DNA of 49,554 bases, taken from contig CAYGCC010000486.1 of the NCBI GenBank assembly GCA_964348165.1, forward strand, positions 1 through 49,554. Direction: 5' to 3'. A program made the position numbers and the translations under genes. The notes below the pieces were generated by a model. That model ran no database searches and was not told the origin of the DNA. It worked only from the letters and a program-made list of their open reading frames with translations. This DNA is from an uncultured Gemmatimonadota bacterium. Its GTDB lineage: Bacteria; Gemmatimonadota; Gemmatimonadetes; Palauibacterales; KS3-K002. The first letter of the stretch is position 1; every line of letters starts with the position of its first letter. Shown one piece after another: positions 1-10,169 of the stretch.

Positions 1-1
1 A

Positions 2-514
2 GGTGCACGCGGTCTTGAGGTGCAAGACGTCGCCGACTTCGACGGGGAGCACCTCGAACTCGTCGCGGGGCAAGAAAGCTCTCAGCTGGTCAAGCGCCGC
101 CGGGTTGGTCCGCCGGGACTGCCCTACGAACAGTCTCTTGTCGATGACTAGCACGTCACCGCCGTCCAGGGTGGCGGGTTCGGAGAGGCGATGCACAGTC
201 TTGTGTTCGCGAATCACCGCTTCGACGGCCGCGACCTCTCCACGGCGCGACGGTGGGCCCATGGCGGCAATGATCGCGCGATCGCCGACGACCACTACCG
301 TGTCCTCCACGAAGCTGCAGTCGGGAAACCGATCGTCGGCTTCGATCTCGATCAGGCTCAGGCCAGCGCTGCGGAGCGCTCGGCAATACTCAGAATGTTC
401 ATCCCGCGCCCGGCGCACATCAATCGCCTCGCGACAGCCCGGCGGCCGGATGGCCCGGTGGAAGGTCGCTGGAATCCCCCGGACGAGGGCCTGAGTTCCT
501 CTGGGTGTCTCCAA
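2..514 (-). CDS. Dimethylarginine dimethylaminohydrolase (DDAH)/amidinotransferase-family protein, 3' end outside the window
   Basis: Not in the ORF track because there is no stop in the window. Manual minus-strand translation from TTG at 514, behind a GAGAGGAGG SD: ...ALVRGIP...FPDCSFVEDT...SRRGEV...LDGGDV...RRTN...LHLKTACT, the typical DDAH motifs. Confidence 0.85.
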   Translation of the reverse strand, partial: METPRGTQALVRGIPATFHRAIRPPGCREAIDVRRARDEHSEYCRALRSAGLSLIEIEADDRFPDCSFVEDTVVVVGDRAIIAAMGPPSRRGEVAAVEAVIREHKTVHRLSEPATLDGGDVLVIDKRLFVGQSRRTNPAALDQLRAFLPRDEFEVLPVEVGDVLHLKTACT

Positions 515-678
515 CGGCTGGAGCCTCCTCTCCCGGTTGCCCCCAGGCCGACTGACGGCCGCGGGTGACGCCGGCCTGATCACTCGGTGGCGCATCCGAG
601 CTGCTGTCCCCAAACTTCGGCTCGGACCCTGCACATCCTAGCCCCGCCGCGTCCAGAAGGGGAGCGTTCTTAAAGGAA

Positions 679-1962
679 GTGGCCGTGAAGTCGTCCACGA
701 CACGCAAGATCATTCTGGCTCTGGCGTCAGTAGCTGCCGTCGCCCGGTCCGCCGCGGCGCAGGAACCTGCCGTCTCCCCGGAACGCGAGCCTTCGGCGCC
801 GCGCGTGTTCATGGACTGCCGCAGTCGCTTCTGCGACTTCGATCACTTCCGCCGAGAGATCAGCTTCGTCAACTACGTGCGTGACCGCCGGGACGCCCAG
901 GTGCACCTGCTCGTGACCACCCGGCGGACCGGCGGCGGTGGGACGGAGTTCACGCTGGCGATGATCGGTCAACAGGAGTTCGAGAGCGTGGACGACTCGC
1001 TCCAGTACATCTCGGATCAGACTGACACCTTCGATGAGGTGCGCGCCGGCCTGACCCGCATGCTGAAGTTGGGGCTGGTCCGCTACGCGGCGCGACTCCC
1101 CACAGCGGAGCGGCTTGACGTCGTCTACGACCCTCCCGCCGAGGCCGCCACGCCACAGGTAACCGAGGACCCCTGGAATTTCTGGATCTTCCGGATCCGG
1201 GTGAGTGGCAACCTGGGAGGTGAGCAGCGGCAGAGCGATTTCGGGGGCAGCGCCTCGCTGTCGGCCAACCGCACGACCGAAGATTGGAAGATCAGCGTGT
1301 CGCTGTTTGGCTGGTACAGCGAGGATCGGTTCGAGCTGGCCGACAGCTCGGAGATCACCAGCGTGGCTCGCGAGTATGACGCCAGCGCTTTTGTCGTTCG
1401 CAGCCTCGGCGCGCATTGGTCGGTAGGCGCCATCGTCGAGGGTCGTACCTCGACCTTCACCAACCACGATCTGAGTTTCGAAGCCGGCCCCGCTATTGAG
1501 TACAGCTTGTTTCCCTACGCCGAATCGACACGCCGCGCGCTCACCTTCATTTACGCGATCGAGCTGAGACATTTCGATTACAAGCAGCCCACCCTGTTCG
1601 ATCGGACCTCCGAAACCCGCGGCTCGCATCTCGTCGAGGTCTCGTATTCGGTGCGCCAACCCTTCGGTTCGATCAACACGTCGCTGGAGGGCTCGGCCTT
1701 CCTCGATGATCCGAGCCAGCACCGGCTGGAGCTGTCGGGCCGATTAGACGTGCGGCTCGTTCGGGGCCTCAGTCTCGAGCTCGGAGGCCGCGTTCTGCGA
1801 ACAAAGGACCAGATCTTCTTGCCACGGGAGGACATCCCCGACGAAGAGGTGCTGCTGCGCCGCCACGAGCTGGGAACCGAGTACCGGTATTCCGCCAGGC
1901 TGAGTCTCAGTTATACCTTCGGTTCAATCTTCAACAACGTGGTCAACCCGCGCTTCGACTGA
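679..1962 (+). CDS. Exported protein, probable outer-membrane beta-barrel of unknown function
   Basis: Signal peptide ending AAA-QEP; N-terminal domain with DCRSRFC; alternating aromatic beta-strand pattern; C-terminus LSLSYTFGSIFNNVVNPRFD. Start is GTG 679 or 685. Confidence 0.6.
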   Translation: MAVKSSTTRKIILALASVAAVARSAAAQEPAVSPEREPSAPRVFMDCRSRFCDFDHFRREISFVNYVRDRRDAQVHLLVTTRRTGGGGTEFTLAMIGQQEFESVDDSLQYISDQTDTFDEVRAGLTRMLKLGLVRYAARLPTAERLDVVYDPPAEAATPQVTEDPWNFWIFRIRVSGNLGGEQRQSDFGGSASLSANRTTEDWKISVSLFGWYSEDRFELADSSEITSVAREYDASAFVVRSLGAHWSVGAIVEGRTSTFTNHDLSFEAGPAIEYSLFPYAESTRRALTFIYAIELRHFDYKQPTLFDRTSETRGSHLVEVSYSVRQPFGSINTSLEGSAFLDDPSQHRLELSGRLDVRLVRGLSLELGGRVLRTKDQIFLPREDIPDEEVLLRRHELGTEYRYSARLSLSYTFGSIFNNVVNPRFD

Positions 1963-2109
1963 CCTCGAGACGCGACCCGACGCCTTCCAGGCCGCGGCTG
2001 CGCTGGACTCGCCTGACTTCGCCCGTGTCTGAGATTGGACCCGCTGCCGCCTTTTCGCGGTCCGCGGCCGCCGGCCCGATTCAGGATATCTTGACGGCGC
2101 CGCCGCAGC

Positions 2110-2913
2110 TTGCACGCCGTGATCGGAGATGACGCTGAAGCGTGGAGCCCCGCCGCCGGACGGCTACGCCGCTGGCTCGATCGAGTGCTGCCGCCGGTCT
2201 GTCTCGTTTGCGGTGACCCGATCCCGCGCGAGGGCGGGCGCGTCTGTGGCGTTTGTTGGTCGCGGGCGCCTCGGCCGCGGGCTCCCCGGTGTACGCGATG
2301 CGGTATCTGGTTACGGGACATAGGGATACAAGTGTCGACCTCGCGCTGTCTGGAATGCCGCGACTGGCTCCCCTATCTGCGGCAGGCGCGGGCCCCCTTC
2401 CGGATGACGGGGACGGCGGCAGCGATCGTCCACGCCCTCAAGTTCGGTGGTTGGACGGCGCTGGCCGCGGAGATGGGCCAGCGAATGGCCGCCGTGCGCT
2501 TCGGCCCAACGGTGGAGGCGGAGCTGCGCGCGGTGATCCCGGTGCCGCTGAGCCTGACCCGGCGGCGCGAGCGTGGTTTCAATCAGGCCGAGCTGCTCGC
2601 CCGTGAGGTGGCCGTCTGCCGGGGACTGTCGCTGGTGACGGATGTGCTGGTGCGCGGGCGGCACACGCGGCGGCAAGCGCGGCTGTCGCCCCGGGAGCGC
2701 CAGGCCAACGTGGCCGGAGCTTTCCAGGTGGCGCCGGCGGGTCGCGCCCAGCTACAGGAAGGCCACGTCCTGCTGGTGGATGACGTGCTGACGACGGCAG
2801 CGACGGCCCAGGATTGCGTGCGTGCGCTCTGTGGCGCCGGGGTGCGGGCCGTCAGCGTTCTGACGTTCGCCCGGGCGCGTCCCGAGCTCGAGCGCCGACG
2901 GCGGCAGACCTGA
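2110..2913 (+). CDS. comF: ComF family protein (double zinc ribbon plus phosphoribosyltransferase domain)
   Basis: CxxC pairs (CLVC, CGVC, CTRC, CLEC), PVPL...RERGFNQA, VLLVDDVLTTAAT PRT loop. Start uncertain (TTG 2110 or GTG 2119). Confidence 0.88.
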   Translation: MHAVIGDDAEAWSPAAGRLRRWLDRVLPPVCLVCGDPIPREGGRVCGVCWSRAPRPRAPRCTRCGIWLRDIGIQVSTSRCLECRDWLPYLRQARAPFRMTGTAAAIVHALKFGGWTALAAEMGQRMAAVRFGPTVEAELRAVIPVPLSLTRRRERGFNQAELLAREVAVCRGLSLVTDVLVRGRHTRRQARLSPRERQANVAGAFQVAPAGRAQLQEGHVLLVDDVLTTAATAQDCVRALCGAGVRAVSVLTFARARPELERRRRQT

Positions 2914-3014
2914 CTTCGGCACCGGGCGCCCTTTCTTTGCCCCAGCCCTTCCCGTAATGTAGTGAGCCAGCTGCACTGAGATTGGTCGAAGTCGCAAGCT
3001 TCGTTGAGCTTTGA

Positions 3015-4052
<1,038 letters not shown>

Positions 4053-4068
4053 AAGGCAGGGCGCGGAG

Positions 4069-5277
4069 ATGGCGGCACTCGACAAGATGAACGTTCGTGA
4101 CCTGAGCGACGCGCAGCTCGACGGCAAGCGCGTTCTGATTCGGGTCGACTACAACGTCCCGTTGGACGAGGGGGAGGTCGCCGACGACGCGCGGATCAGG
4201 GCGACTCTGCCCACGCTCGAGTACCTGCGCGGGCGCGGCGGTCGAATCGTGCTCCTTTCGCACCTGGGCCGGCCGAAGGGAAAGCCCGACCCGCAGTACT
4301 CGCTGAAGCCGGTAGCCGAGCATCTGAGCGCGCTGTTGGACGAGGAGGTGGCCTTCGTCAATGATCTCGTCTCGGACCGGGCCCAGGACGCGGTGGAGCG
4401 CTTAGGGCCGGGGCAGCTGCTCTTGCTCGAGAACACCCGCTTCGACCCACGGGAAACCGTCAACGACCTCGGGCTCGCCCGGGCGCTGGCCGGATTGGGT
4501 GACGTGTACGTGAACGACGCGTTCGGCACCGCGCACCGAGCTCACGCGTCCACCGCCGGGGTCGCTCAGTTTCTGCGTCCCGCCGTGGCGGGCCTCTTAA
4601 TGGAGCGAGAGCTGGAGCATCTGGGTGGATTGCTGGAAAACCCCGCTCGCCCGTTCGCGACCGTCCTGGGCGGCGCCAAGATCAGCGGCAAGATCGATCT
4701 GATCGAAAACCTCCTGGATCGGGTGGATCGCCTCTGTATCGGGGGTGCCATGGCTTGCACCTTTCTTCGGGCGATGGGGCTCGAGACGGGCAAGTCACTG
4801 GTGGAGGATGATCTCGTCCCGGTGGCGGACGCTCTGTTGAAGCGGGCCGCTGACGCGCTGGTACTTCCCAGCGACGCCGTCGTGGCGCCAGCGCTCGAGC
4901 GCGGTGACCAGGCCCGGGAGGTGGGCGTGAAGGCGATTCCGCCGGAGGAGATGCTGCTCGACATCGGCCCCGCGAGCGCGAAGGAGTTCGCACGAGTCGT
5001 AAAGGGCGCGCGCACGGTTCTGTGGAACGGGCCCGTTGGCGCCTTCGAGCACGAGCCGTTCGACGCAGGGACCCGGATCGTGGCCCAGGCGGTGGCCGAA
5101 GCGACGCGAGGGGGAGCGATCAGCGTGGTGGGGGGCGGTGATAGCGCGGCCGCGGTCGCCGGTTTGGGCCTGGTCGACGAGATGACGCACGTCTCCACGG
5201 GTGGCGGCGCCACGCTCGAGTTTTTGGCGGGCAAGGAGCTGCCCGGCGTGGCGGTGCTCAGCGAGAGGGAGGCGTGA
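4069..5277 (+). CDS. pgk: Phosphoglycerate kinase
   Basis: RVDYNVP, SHLGRPKG, LLENTRF, NDAFGTAHRAHAS, HVSTGGGA. Start reassigned to ATG 4069 after GGAG. Confidence 0.98.
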   Translation: MAALDKMNVRDLSDAQLDGKRVLIRVDYNVPLDEGEVADDARIRATLPTLEYLRGRGGRIVLLSHLGRPKGKPDPQYSLKPVAEHLSALLDEEVAFVNDLVSDRAQDAVERLGPGQLLLLENTRFDPRETVNDLGLARALAGLGDVYVNDAFGTAHRAHASTAGVAQFLRPAVAGLLMERELEHLGGLLENPARPFATVLGGAKISGKIDLIENLLDRVDRLCIGGAMACTFLRAMGLETGKSLVEDDLVPVADALLKRAADALVLPSDAVVAPALERGDQAREVGVKAIPPEEMLLDIGPASAKEFARVVKGARTVLWNGPVGAFEHEPFDAGTRIVAQAVAEATRGGAISVVGGGDSAAAVAGLGLVDEMTHVSTGGGATLEFLAGKELPGVAVLSEREA

Positions 5278-6047
5278 TGGCGGGCCTGGCCAAACCCTTC
5301 TTCGGGGGCAACTGGAAGATGAATCACGGCCCTACGGCGGCCCGGGCCTTCGTGGAGACCTTCACTCCTCTCTGTCCAGCTCGTGACGACCGCACCGTTG
5401 TGTTCTTTCCCCCGGCGATCTCGCTGACGGAGTTCAAACGCGCCGCTGCAAAGCGCCGCGATCTGCAGCTGGGCGTCCAGGACGTCTATTGGGAGCCTGA
5501 GGGCGCGTTCACCGGATCGATCTCGGCAGCGCTGGCCAAGGATGCCGGCGCCCGGTTCGTTCTAGCCGGTCACTCGGAGCGCCGCCATGTCTTCGGCGAC
5601 TCGGACGAGGACGTGGCCCGCAAGGTGAGAGCGATCGCCGACGAGGGTCTGATCCCGGTGCTCTGTGTAGGCGAGCGATTGGAGGAGCGCGAGCGGGGCG
5701 ACGTAGAGACAGTGGTTCGGCGCCAGGTCGACCAGGGGCTCAGCCCACTCGCCCGCGAAGCGATCACCGACACCGTCATCGCCTACGAGCCGGTATGGGC
5801 GATCGGCACCGGACGGACTGCCAGCCCGGAGGATGCGACCGCGGTTCACCTGTTGATCCGCGGCCTCCTTGTCGACCGGGTGGGAGCTGACGCAGCCCGA
5901 GGAATCCCGATCATCTACGGGGGGAGCGTGAAACCCGCTAACATCGATGAGCTGCTCGGCGCCCCCGAGATCGATGGCGTGCTGGTCGGAGGAGCGAGCC
6001 TGAGCGCCGGCGATTTCGCTCGGATCTGCTCAGCGGCCCCGCGTTGA
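5277..6047 (+). CDS. tpiA: Triose-phosphate isomerase
   Basis: GNWKMN, GHSERR, AYEPVWAIGTG, YGGSV, LVGGASL. ATG overlaps the pgk stop (TGATG). Confidence 0.98.
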   Translation: MAGLAKPFFGGNWKMNHGPTAARAFVETFTPLCPARDDRTVVFFPPAISLTEFKRAAAKRRDLQLGVQDVYWEPEGAFTGSISAALAKDAGARFVLAGHSERRHVFGDSDEDVARKVRAIADEGLIPVLCVGERLEERERGDVETVVRRQVDQGLSPLAREAITDTVIAYEPVWAIGTGRTASPEDATAVHLLIRGLLVDRVGADAARGIPIIYGGSVKPANIDELLGAPEIDGVLVGGASLSAGDFARICSAAPR

Positions 6048-6072
6048 CATCGATCGCCAGGTTCGGATATTT
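6044..6072 (+). promoter_or_regulatory. Putative sigma70 promoter for secG
   Basis: TTGACA at 6044-6049 contains the tpiA TGA stop. AT-rich GATATT/ATATTT follows 16-17 nt later; the -10 match is imperfect. Confidence 0.4.
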
Positions 6073-6145
6073 CAACGGTTAGCGCATACGACGTCAACGG
6101 CGGCCCGCCCCGGCGGGCGTGCCAACTAAGCAGAGCGGAAAAGCA

Positions 6146-6544
6146 GTGTACGGATTCATTCTGATGTTGCTGGTGCTGGACGCGCTCCTTCTTTGCCTGG
6201 TGGTGCTCTTGCAGTCGGGGAAAGGCGGCGGTCTCGCCGCCGAGTTCGGTGGCGCGTCGTCCTCGACCGATACGCTTCTGGGCGGCCGTCAGGCGGCCAC
6301 CCTCCTGACGAAGGCGAGCTGGGTCACCGGTGGGGCCTTCATGGCTCTGGCGCTGTTGCTCGCCATCCTCTCGGCGCGGACGCGGGCGCCGACGTCGGTG
6401 CTGGAAGGGCAGCTGGCCCCACCGGCCACACAAGAACTGCCGACGCCGCTGCTCGAGCGTGAGCAACAGCCGGAGCAGGTCCTGGGGACGCAGCCGACCG
6501 GCGCCGAAGAAGAGCCGCAGCCGGCCAAACCGCCGGAGAAGTGA
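6146..6544 (+). CDS. secG: Preprotein translocase subunit SecG
   Basis: Two TM helices, VLLQSGKGGGLAAEFGG, LTKASW; follows tpiA; GTG start at 6146. Confidence 0.93.
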   Translation: MYGFILMLLVLDALLLCLVVLLQSGKGGGLAAEFGGASSSTDTLLGGRQAATLLTKASWVTGGAFMALALLLAILSARTRAPTSVLEGQLAPPATQELPTPLLEREQQPEQVLGTQPTGAEEEPQPAKPPEK

Positions 6545-6561
6545 GACAGGCCGTGAGAACT

Positions 6562-6584
6562 GGGCCCGGGCGACTGGGCCCTTT
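6562..6584. terminator. Hairpin terminator between convergent secG and rnhA
   Basis: GGGCCCGG-GCGA-CTGGGCCC stem with a GNRA loop, followed by TTT. Confidence 0.6.
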
Positions 6585-6586
6585 CG

Positions 6587-7216
6587 TCATACGGCCCGGC
6601 GCGGGGGCGGCTCGGGGGGCGTGGGGTCCGGTTCGAACTCGAGTTCCGGCGGGAGGTCGAGGAACTCGAGCCAGCGTCCGCGTTCTTGCTGGGCTGCCAG
6701 CCATTCCTCGAATCCGGAGGGAACGAGCCCAGGTGATCGTTGCTGGCTGCGAGCGGCGCGGACGGCGAGCTGATTGGCGTACTCGTTCTTGGGATCTCCA
6801 GCGTGGCCTTTGACCCAGCGCCATTCGACACGGTGGCGGGCCGCGAGCCGAACCAGGTCGCCCCAGAGGTCGAGGTGTTCGATCCGTCCCCCTTTGCGCT
6901 TCCAGCCACGGCGGGCCCAGTCGTGAACCCACTCCTTCATCCCGCGGATCAGGTAGTTGCTGTCGGAGTAGAGGGCGACGCGCGACCGCCGCTTCAGAGC
7001 GCGAAGGCCTTCGATGGCGCTGCGCAGGGCCATGCGCTGGTTGGTGGTGTCGGGCTCGCAGACGTAAAAGTCGCGCCGTCTCCAGCCGCGGACCCGGTGA
7101 AACACCTCGATCAGACCGGCGGCGGCGCCCGGGGTGGCACGGTCGCTGAACTGGTTACCGAGACACGACTCATCTACGTGCAGATAGACGAGACCCTCGA
7201 ACTCGGGCGCACTCAT
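6587..7216 (-). CDS. rnhA: Ribonuclease HI with atypical active site
   Basis: VDESCLGN, TTNQRMAL, YSDSNYL, WARRGWK, DLW, WVKGHAG, NEYANQLA. Confidence 0.92.
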   Translation of the reverse strand: MSAPEFEGLVYLHVDESCLGNQFSDRATPGAAAGLIEVFHRVRGWRRRDFYVCEPDTTNQRMALRSAIEGLRALKRRSRVALYSDSNYLIRGMKEWVHDWARRGWKRKGGRIEHLDLWGDLVRLAARHRVEWRWVKGHAGDPKNEYANQLAVRAARSQQRSPGLVPSGFEEWLAAQQERGRWLEFLDLPPELEFEPDPTPPEPPPRRAV

Positions 7217-8360
7217 GATCCCTCAAACTAAACGGGACGGCGAGCGGGGGCGAAAGGGGCTCCTGGTTTTGGAGGACGGGACGATACTTCGCGGGCGTTT
7301 GGCGGGCCGCGACGACGAAGTTGCCCTCGGCGAAATCGTCTTCAACACGAGCCTCGCTGGCTATCAAGAAATCTTGACCGATCCGTCCTACGCAGGGCAG
7401 ATCGTGACGATGACCGCCCCGCTCATCGGTAACTACGGCGTGACGGCGAAGGATGATGAGGCGACGCGCCCATGGGTCGCCGGTCTGGTCGTGCGCGAGC
7501 TGAGCTCCACCTACAGCAACTGGCGGGCGGAGAGCGCTCTTCAAGACTACTTGAAGCGCCACGGGATCACTTGCATCGAAGGCGTGGATACGCGCAAGCT
7601 CACGCGGCACATCCGCTCCGAGGGCGCGATGCGCTCGGCCATTGGGCCAGAGGAGATGGGTCCCGACGAGCTGGCGCGGCGGGTCATGGAACATCCGCGG
7701 ATGGACGGCCTCGACCTGACGAACGTGGTCACGACCCGAGAGCCGTTCTACATCGCCGCCGAAGGCGAGCCGCGCTTCCGCGTCGCCGTCTACGATTTCG
7801 GCGTGAAGCGCCGTAGCCTGAGAAACCTCGCCGACCGTGGCTGCGAGCTGACCGTGTATCCCTCGACTACTCCCGTGGAGCAGGTGCTGGACTCGATACC
7901 GGACGGAGTGTTTCTCTCGAACGGGCCCGGTGATCCGGCCGCGGTTCCAGGCGTAGCGAATCTGATCGGCGCCCTGGCGCAGAAAGAGATCCCGGTTTTC
8001 GGGATCTGTCTAGGCCACCAGCTCATCTCGCTGGGTTTTGGGTCGGAGACCTTCAAGTTGCTCTACGGGCACCGGGGCGGAAACCACCCGGTACGCAAGC
8101 TGGCAACCCGCCAGGTAGAGATCACCTCGCAGAACCATGGCTTCGCCGTGCGCGCCGAAGGGCCGAATGTGCCTGGGGCCCCGGATCTCGTCGCGACGCA
8201 CGTGAACCTGAACGACGGAACGCTGGAAGGGGTCCGGCATCGCAGTCTGCCGATCCTGGCGGTGCAGTACCACCCGGAGTCAGCGCCGGGGCCGCACGAC
8301 AGCCGCTACCTGTTCGATGACTTCGTGAAGCTGATGAAAAAGGGTCCGGGCCGAGCTTGA
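7215..8360 (+). CDS. carA: Carbamoyl-phosphate synthase small (glutaminase) subunit
   Basis: LVLEDG, GEIVFNT, GYQEILTDPSY, LSNGPGDP, GICLGHQ, SQNHGF, QYHPE. No carB adjacent. Confidence 0.97.
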   Translation: MIPQTKRDGERGRKGLLVLEDGTILRGRLAGRDDEVALGEIVFNTSLAGYQEILTDPSYAGQIVTMTAPLIGNYGVTAKDDEATRPWVAGLVVRELSSTYSNWRAESALQDYLKRHGITCIEGVDTRKLTRHIRSEGAMRSAIGPEEMGPDELARRVMEHPRMDGLDLTNVVTTREPFYIAAEGEPRFRVAVYDFGVKRRSLRNLADRGCELTVYPSTTPVEQVLDSIPDGVFLSNGPGDPAAVPGVANLIGALAQKEIPVFGICLGHQLISLGFGSETFKLLYGHRGGNHPVRKLATRQVEITSQNHGFAVRAEGPNVPGAPDLVATHVNLNDGTLEGVRHRSLPILAVQYHPESAPGPHDSRYLFDDFVKLMKKGPGRA

Positions 8361-8385
8361 CTTAATCGTTCCTACGCTTTAACTT
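8357..8385 (+). promoter_or_regulatory. Putative sigma70 promoter for the sppA operon
   Basis: TTGACT (8357-8362, contains the carA stop), 17 nt spacer, TAACTT (8380-8385). Confidence 0.55.
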
Positions 8386-8449
8386 AGGCGCCCACCTCCT
8401 CCCCGTTCATCGTTCCTTGACGGTACACCGGAGTGCTCGTCCCTAGGTA

Positions 8450-9394
8450 ATGGAAGCCGGGAAAAAAAGTCCCCGTACGTGGTGGGTCGCCTTGGTTGTG
8501 GTGGCGGTCGTCGCTGTCTTCACAGCGGGGCTGGTCCTGGTCGTTTACACCGCGAGGCCGGGCGACGGCATGGCGGTGCTGGGCGCAGGCCGGATCGCGG
8601 TGTTGCCGTTGCGAGGCCTGATCGTTGAAAACCACCTCGTGCTTCGCCAGCTGCGGGACTACCGGGACGACGGGTCGGTCAAAGGATACGTGCTTTGGGT
8701 GAACTCGCCCGGCGGTGTCGTCGCCCCTTCGCAAGCGATCTTTCGCGAGCTGGGACGGATTCGAGAGCGGGGTCAGCCGGTGGTGGCCGCGATCGGCTCG
8801 GTGGGGGCTTCAGGGGCGTATTACGCGGCCCTGGGCGCCGACAGCATCCTGGCGATGCCAGGCTCAATGGTGGGGTCGATCGGCGTACTGATGGAGTTTC
8901 CCGTCGCCGAGGAATTGCTCGACAAGGTCGGCCTGAAATTCGAGGTCATCAAGAGCGCGGAGCACAAGGATATCGGCTCTCCCTACCGGCAGGCGACGGA
9001 GGCGGATCGCGCCTTGCTCCAGCGCGTCGTGGACGATGTCTACGATCAGTTCGTCGAGGCGATCGCGGAAGCGCGGGACCTGCCGCGCGATTCGGTCCTC
9101 AGTATCGCGGACGGGCGGGTGCTGTCGGGTCGGAGCGCTGTCGAGTACGGTCTCGTGGACGGTGAGGGGGATCTGAAGGACGCCATCGCGATGGCCGGCA
9201 CCATGGCAGGACTCGGGCCGGAACCGCGCACGGTACTCCGTGAAGAGCGCCGACGCGTTACCTGGTTCGACCTTTTTACCTCGCTCGCCCGCTGGGCGGG
9301 AGGTCGTGAGGAGGCTGCGCTGCTCGCGCGTATCGTTCAGGGTGCGGATTTCGATCCGGGCCCGCGGCTCATGTATCTGCTTCGCTACCCCTAG
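8450..9394 (+). CDS. sppA: Signal peptide peptidase SppA (short type, S49)
   Basis: N-terminal TM; VNSPGG, GASGAYY (catalytic Ser), GSIGV, KSAEHKDIGSPYR. Confidence 0.93.
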   Translation: MEAGKKSPRTWWVALVVVAVVAVFTAGLVLVVYTARPGDGMAVLGAGRIAVLPLRGLIVENHLVLRQLRDYRDDGSVKGYVLWVNSPGGVVAPSQAIFRELGRIRERGQPVVAAIGSVGASGAYYAALGADSILAMPGSMVGSIGVLMEFPVAEELLDKVGLKFEVIKSAEHKDIGSPYRQATEADRALLQRVVDDVYDQFVEAIAEARDLPRDSVLSIADGRVLSGRSAVEYGLVDGEGDLKDAIAMAGTMAGLGPEPRTVLREERRRVTWFDLFTSLARWAGGREEAALLARIVQGADFDPGPRLMYLLRYP

Positions 9395-9467
9395 AGGTGA
9401 GCACGAGCCTTGCCGCAACGAGTTTTTCTCTTCGTTTCTTGATGTCGATCGACTGCTGGAGGAAGGG

Positions 9468-9776
9468 ATGACCAAGGCCGATTTGGTCGAGCAGGTCGCG
9501 CAGGCGATAGGGCCGGGAATTACCAAAAAGGACTGCGCCGCTGTCGTAGACGGGTTCCTCAACGCCATCCGGCAAGCTCTCGCCAATGGCAACCACATCG
9601 AAATCCGGGGGTTCGGCACCTTCAAGGTGCGCCAGCGGCGCTCGCGAGTGGCTCGCAACCCGAGGACGGGGGAGCCGGTCCGCGTCGAGGCGCGGGCGGT
9701 ACCCGTGTTCAAGCCCTCGAAAAACTTCAGGGCCCAGGTTGCGGGAGAGGTCGAAACGCCCGTTCGGAGCTTTTAG
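9468..9776 (+). CDS. HU/IHF family DNA-binding protein
   Basis: MTKADLV...IEIRGFGTF...ARNPRTGE...PVFKPSK; GGAGGAAGG SD before ATG 9468. Confidence 0.95.
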   Translation: MTKADLVEQVAQAIGPGITKKDCAAVVDGFLNAIRQALANGNHIEIRGFGTFKVRQRRSRVARNPRTGEPVRVEARAVPVFKPSKNFRAQVAGEVETPVRSF

Positions 9777-9843
9777 AGTCGATCGGCCAGCGCCCCCGCC
9801 GAACCCGCCCACAACCATCAGTGAGGAGAAAGGTGCGGATTGA

Positions 9844-10116
9844 ATGACGAGAGAGTCTCTCGTATCCCTGTCGCCTGAAGCCGTCCTCGACCTCGCGAAG
9901 CTGTTCTTCACCGACGCGGTCTCCGGGTACGCCGGATCGCTGGTCGAGGAAGGCGAGGGTTTTGCACGCTTCCAAACCTTCCGCGGTCACCTGGCGATCT
10001 CGGCGTCGCGCGATGGTGAGCTGACCCATGTGCGCTGTTCGACGCTCCGCTACCACCCCTCCATCGGGAAGTTTCTGACGCTGCTCGAGACCGAGTCGGC
10101 GGCTCCGCCCGCCTGA
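9844..10116 (+). CDS. Hypothetical protein (90 aa)
   Basis: Purine-rich SD-like sequence upstream, host-like codon usage, fills the gap between HU and moaD. Confidence 0.7.
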   Translation: MTRESLVSLSPEAVLDLAKLFFTDAVSGYAGSLVEEGEGFARFQTFRGHLAISASRDGELTHVRCSTLRYHPSIGKFLTLLETESAAPPA

Positions 10117-10169
10117 AGCAGGTCCCCCGGCTCTTGCCGACCGGACTCCCAAGCACCTAGGATTCTGGC

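Noticed and set aside
3..568. Plus-strand ORFs 3-494 and 191-568
   Set aside because: Antisense to the DDAH-family gene, which carries the recognisable motifs.
6545..6590. tRNA-Leu often found after secG
   Set aside because: Only 42 nt separate secG and rnhA; there is a hairpin but no cloverleaf.
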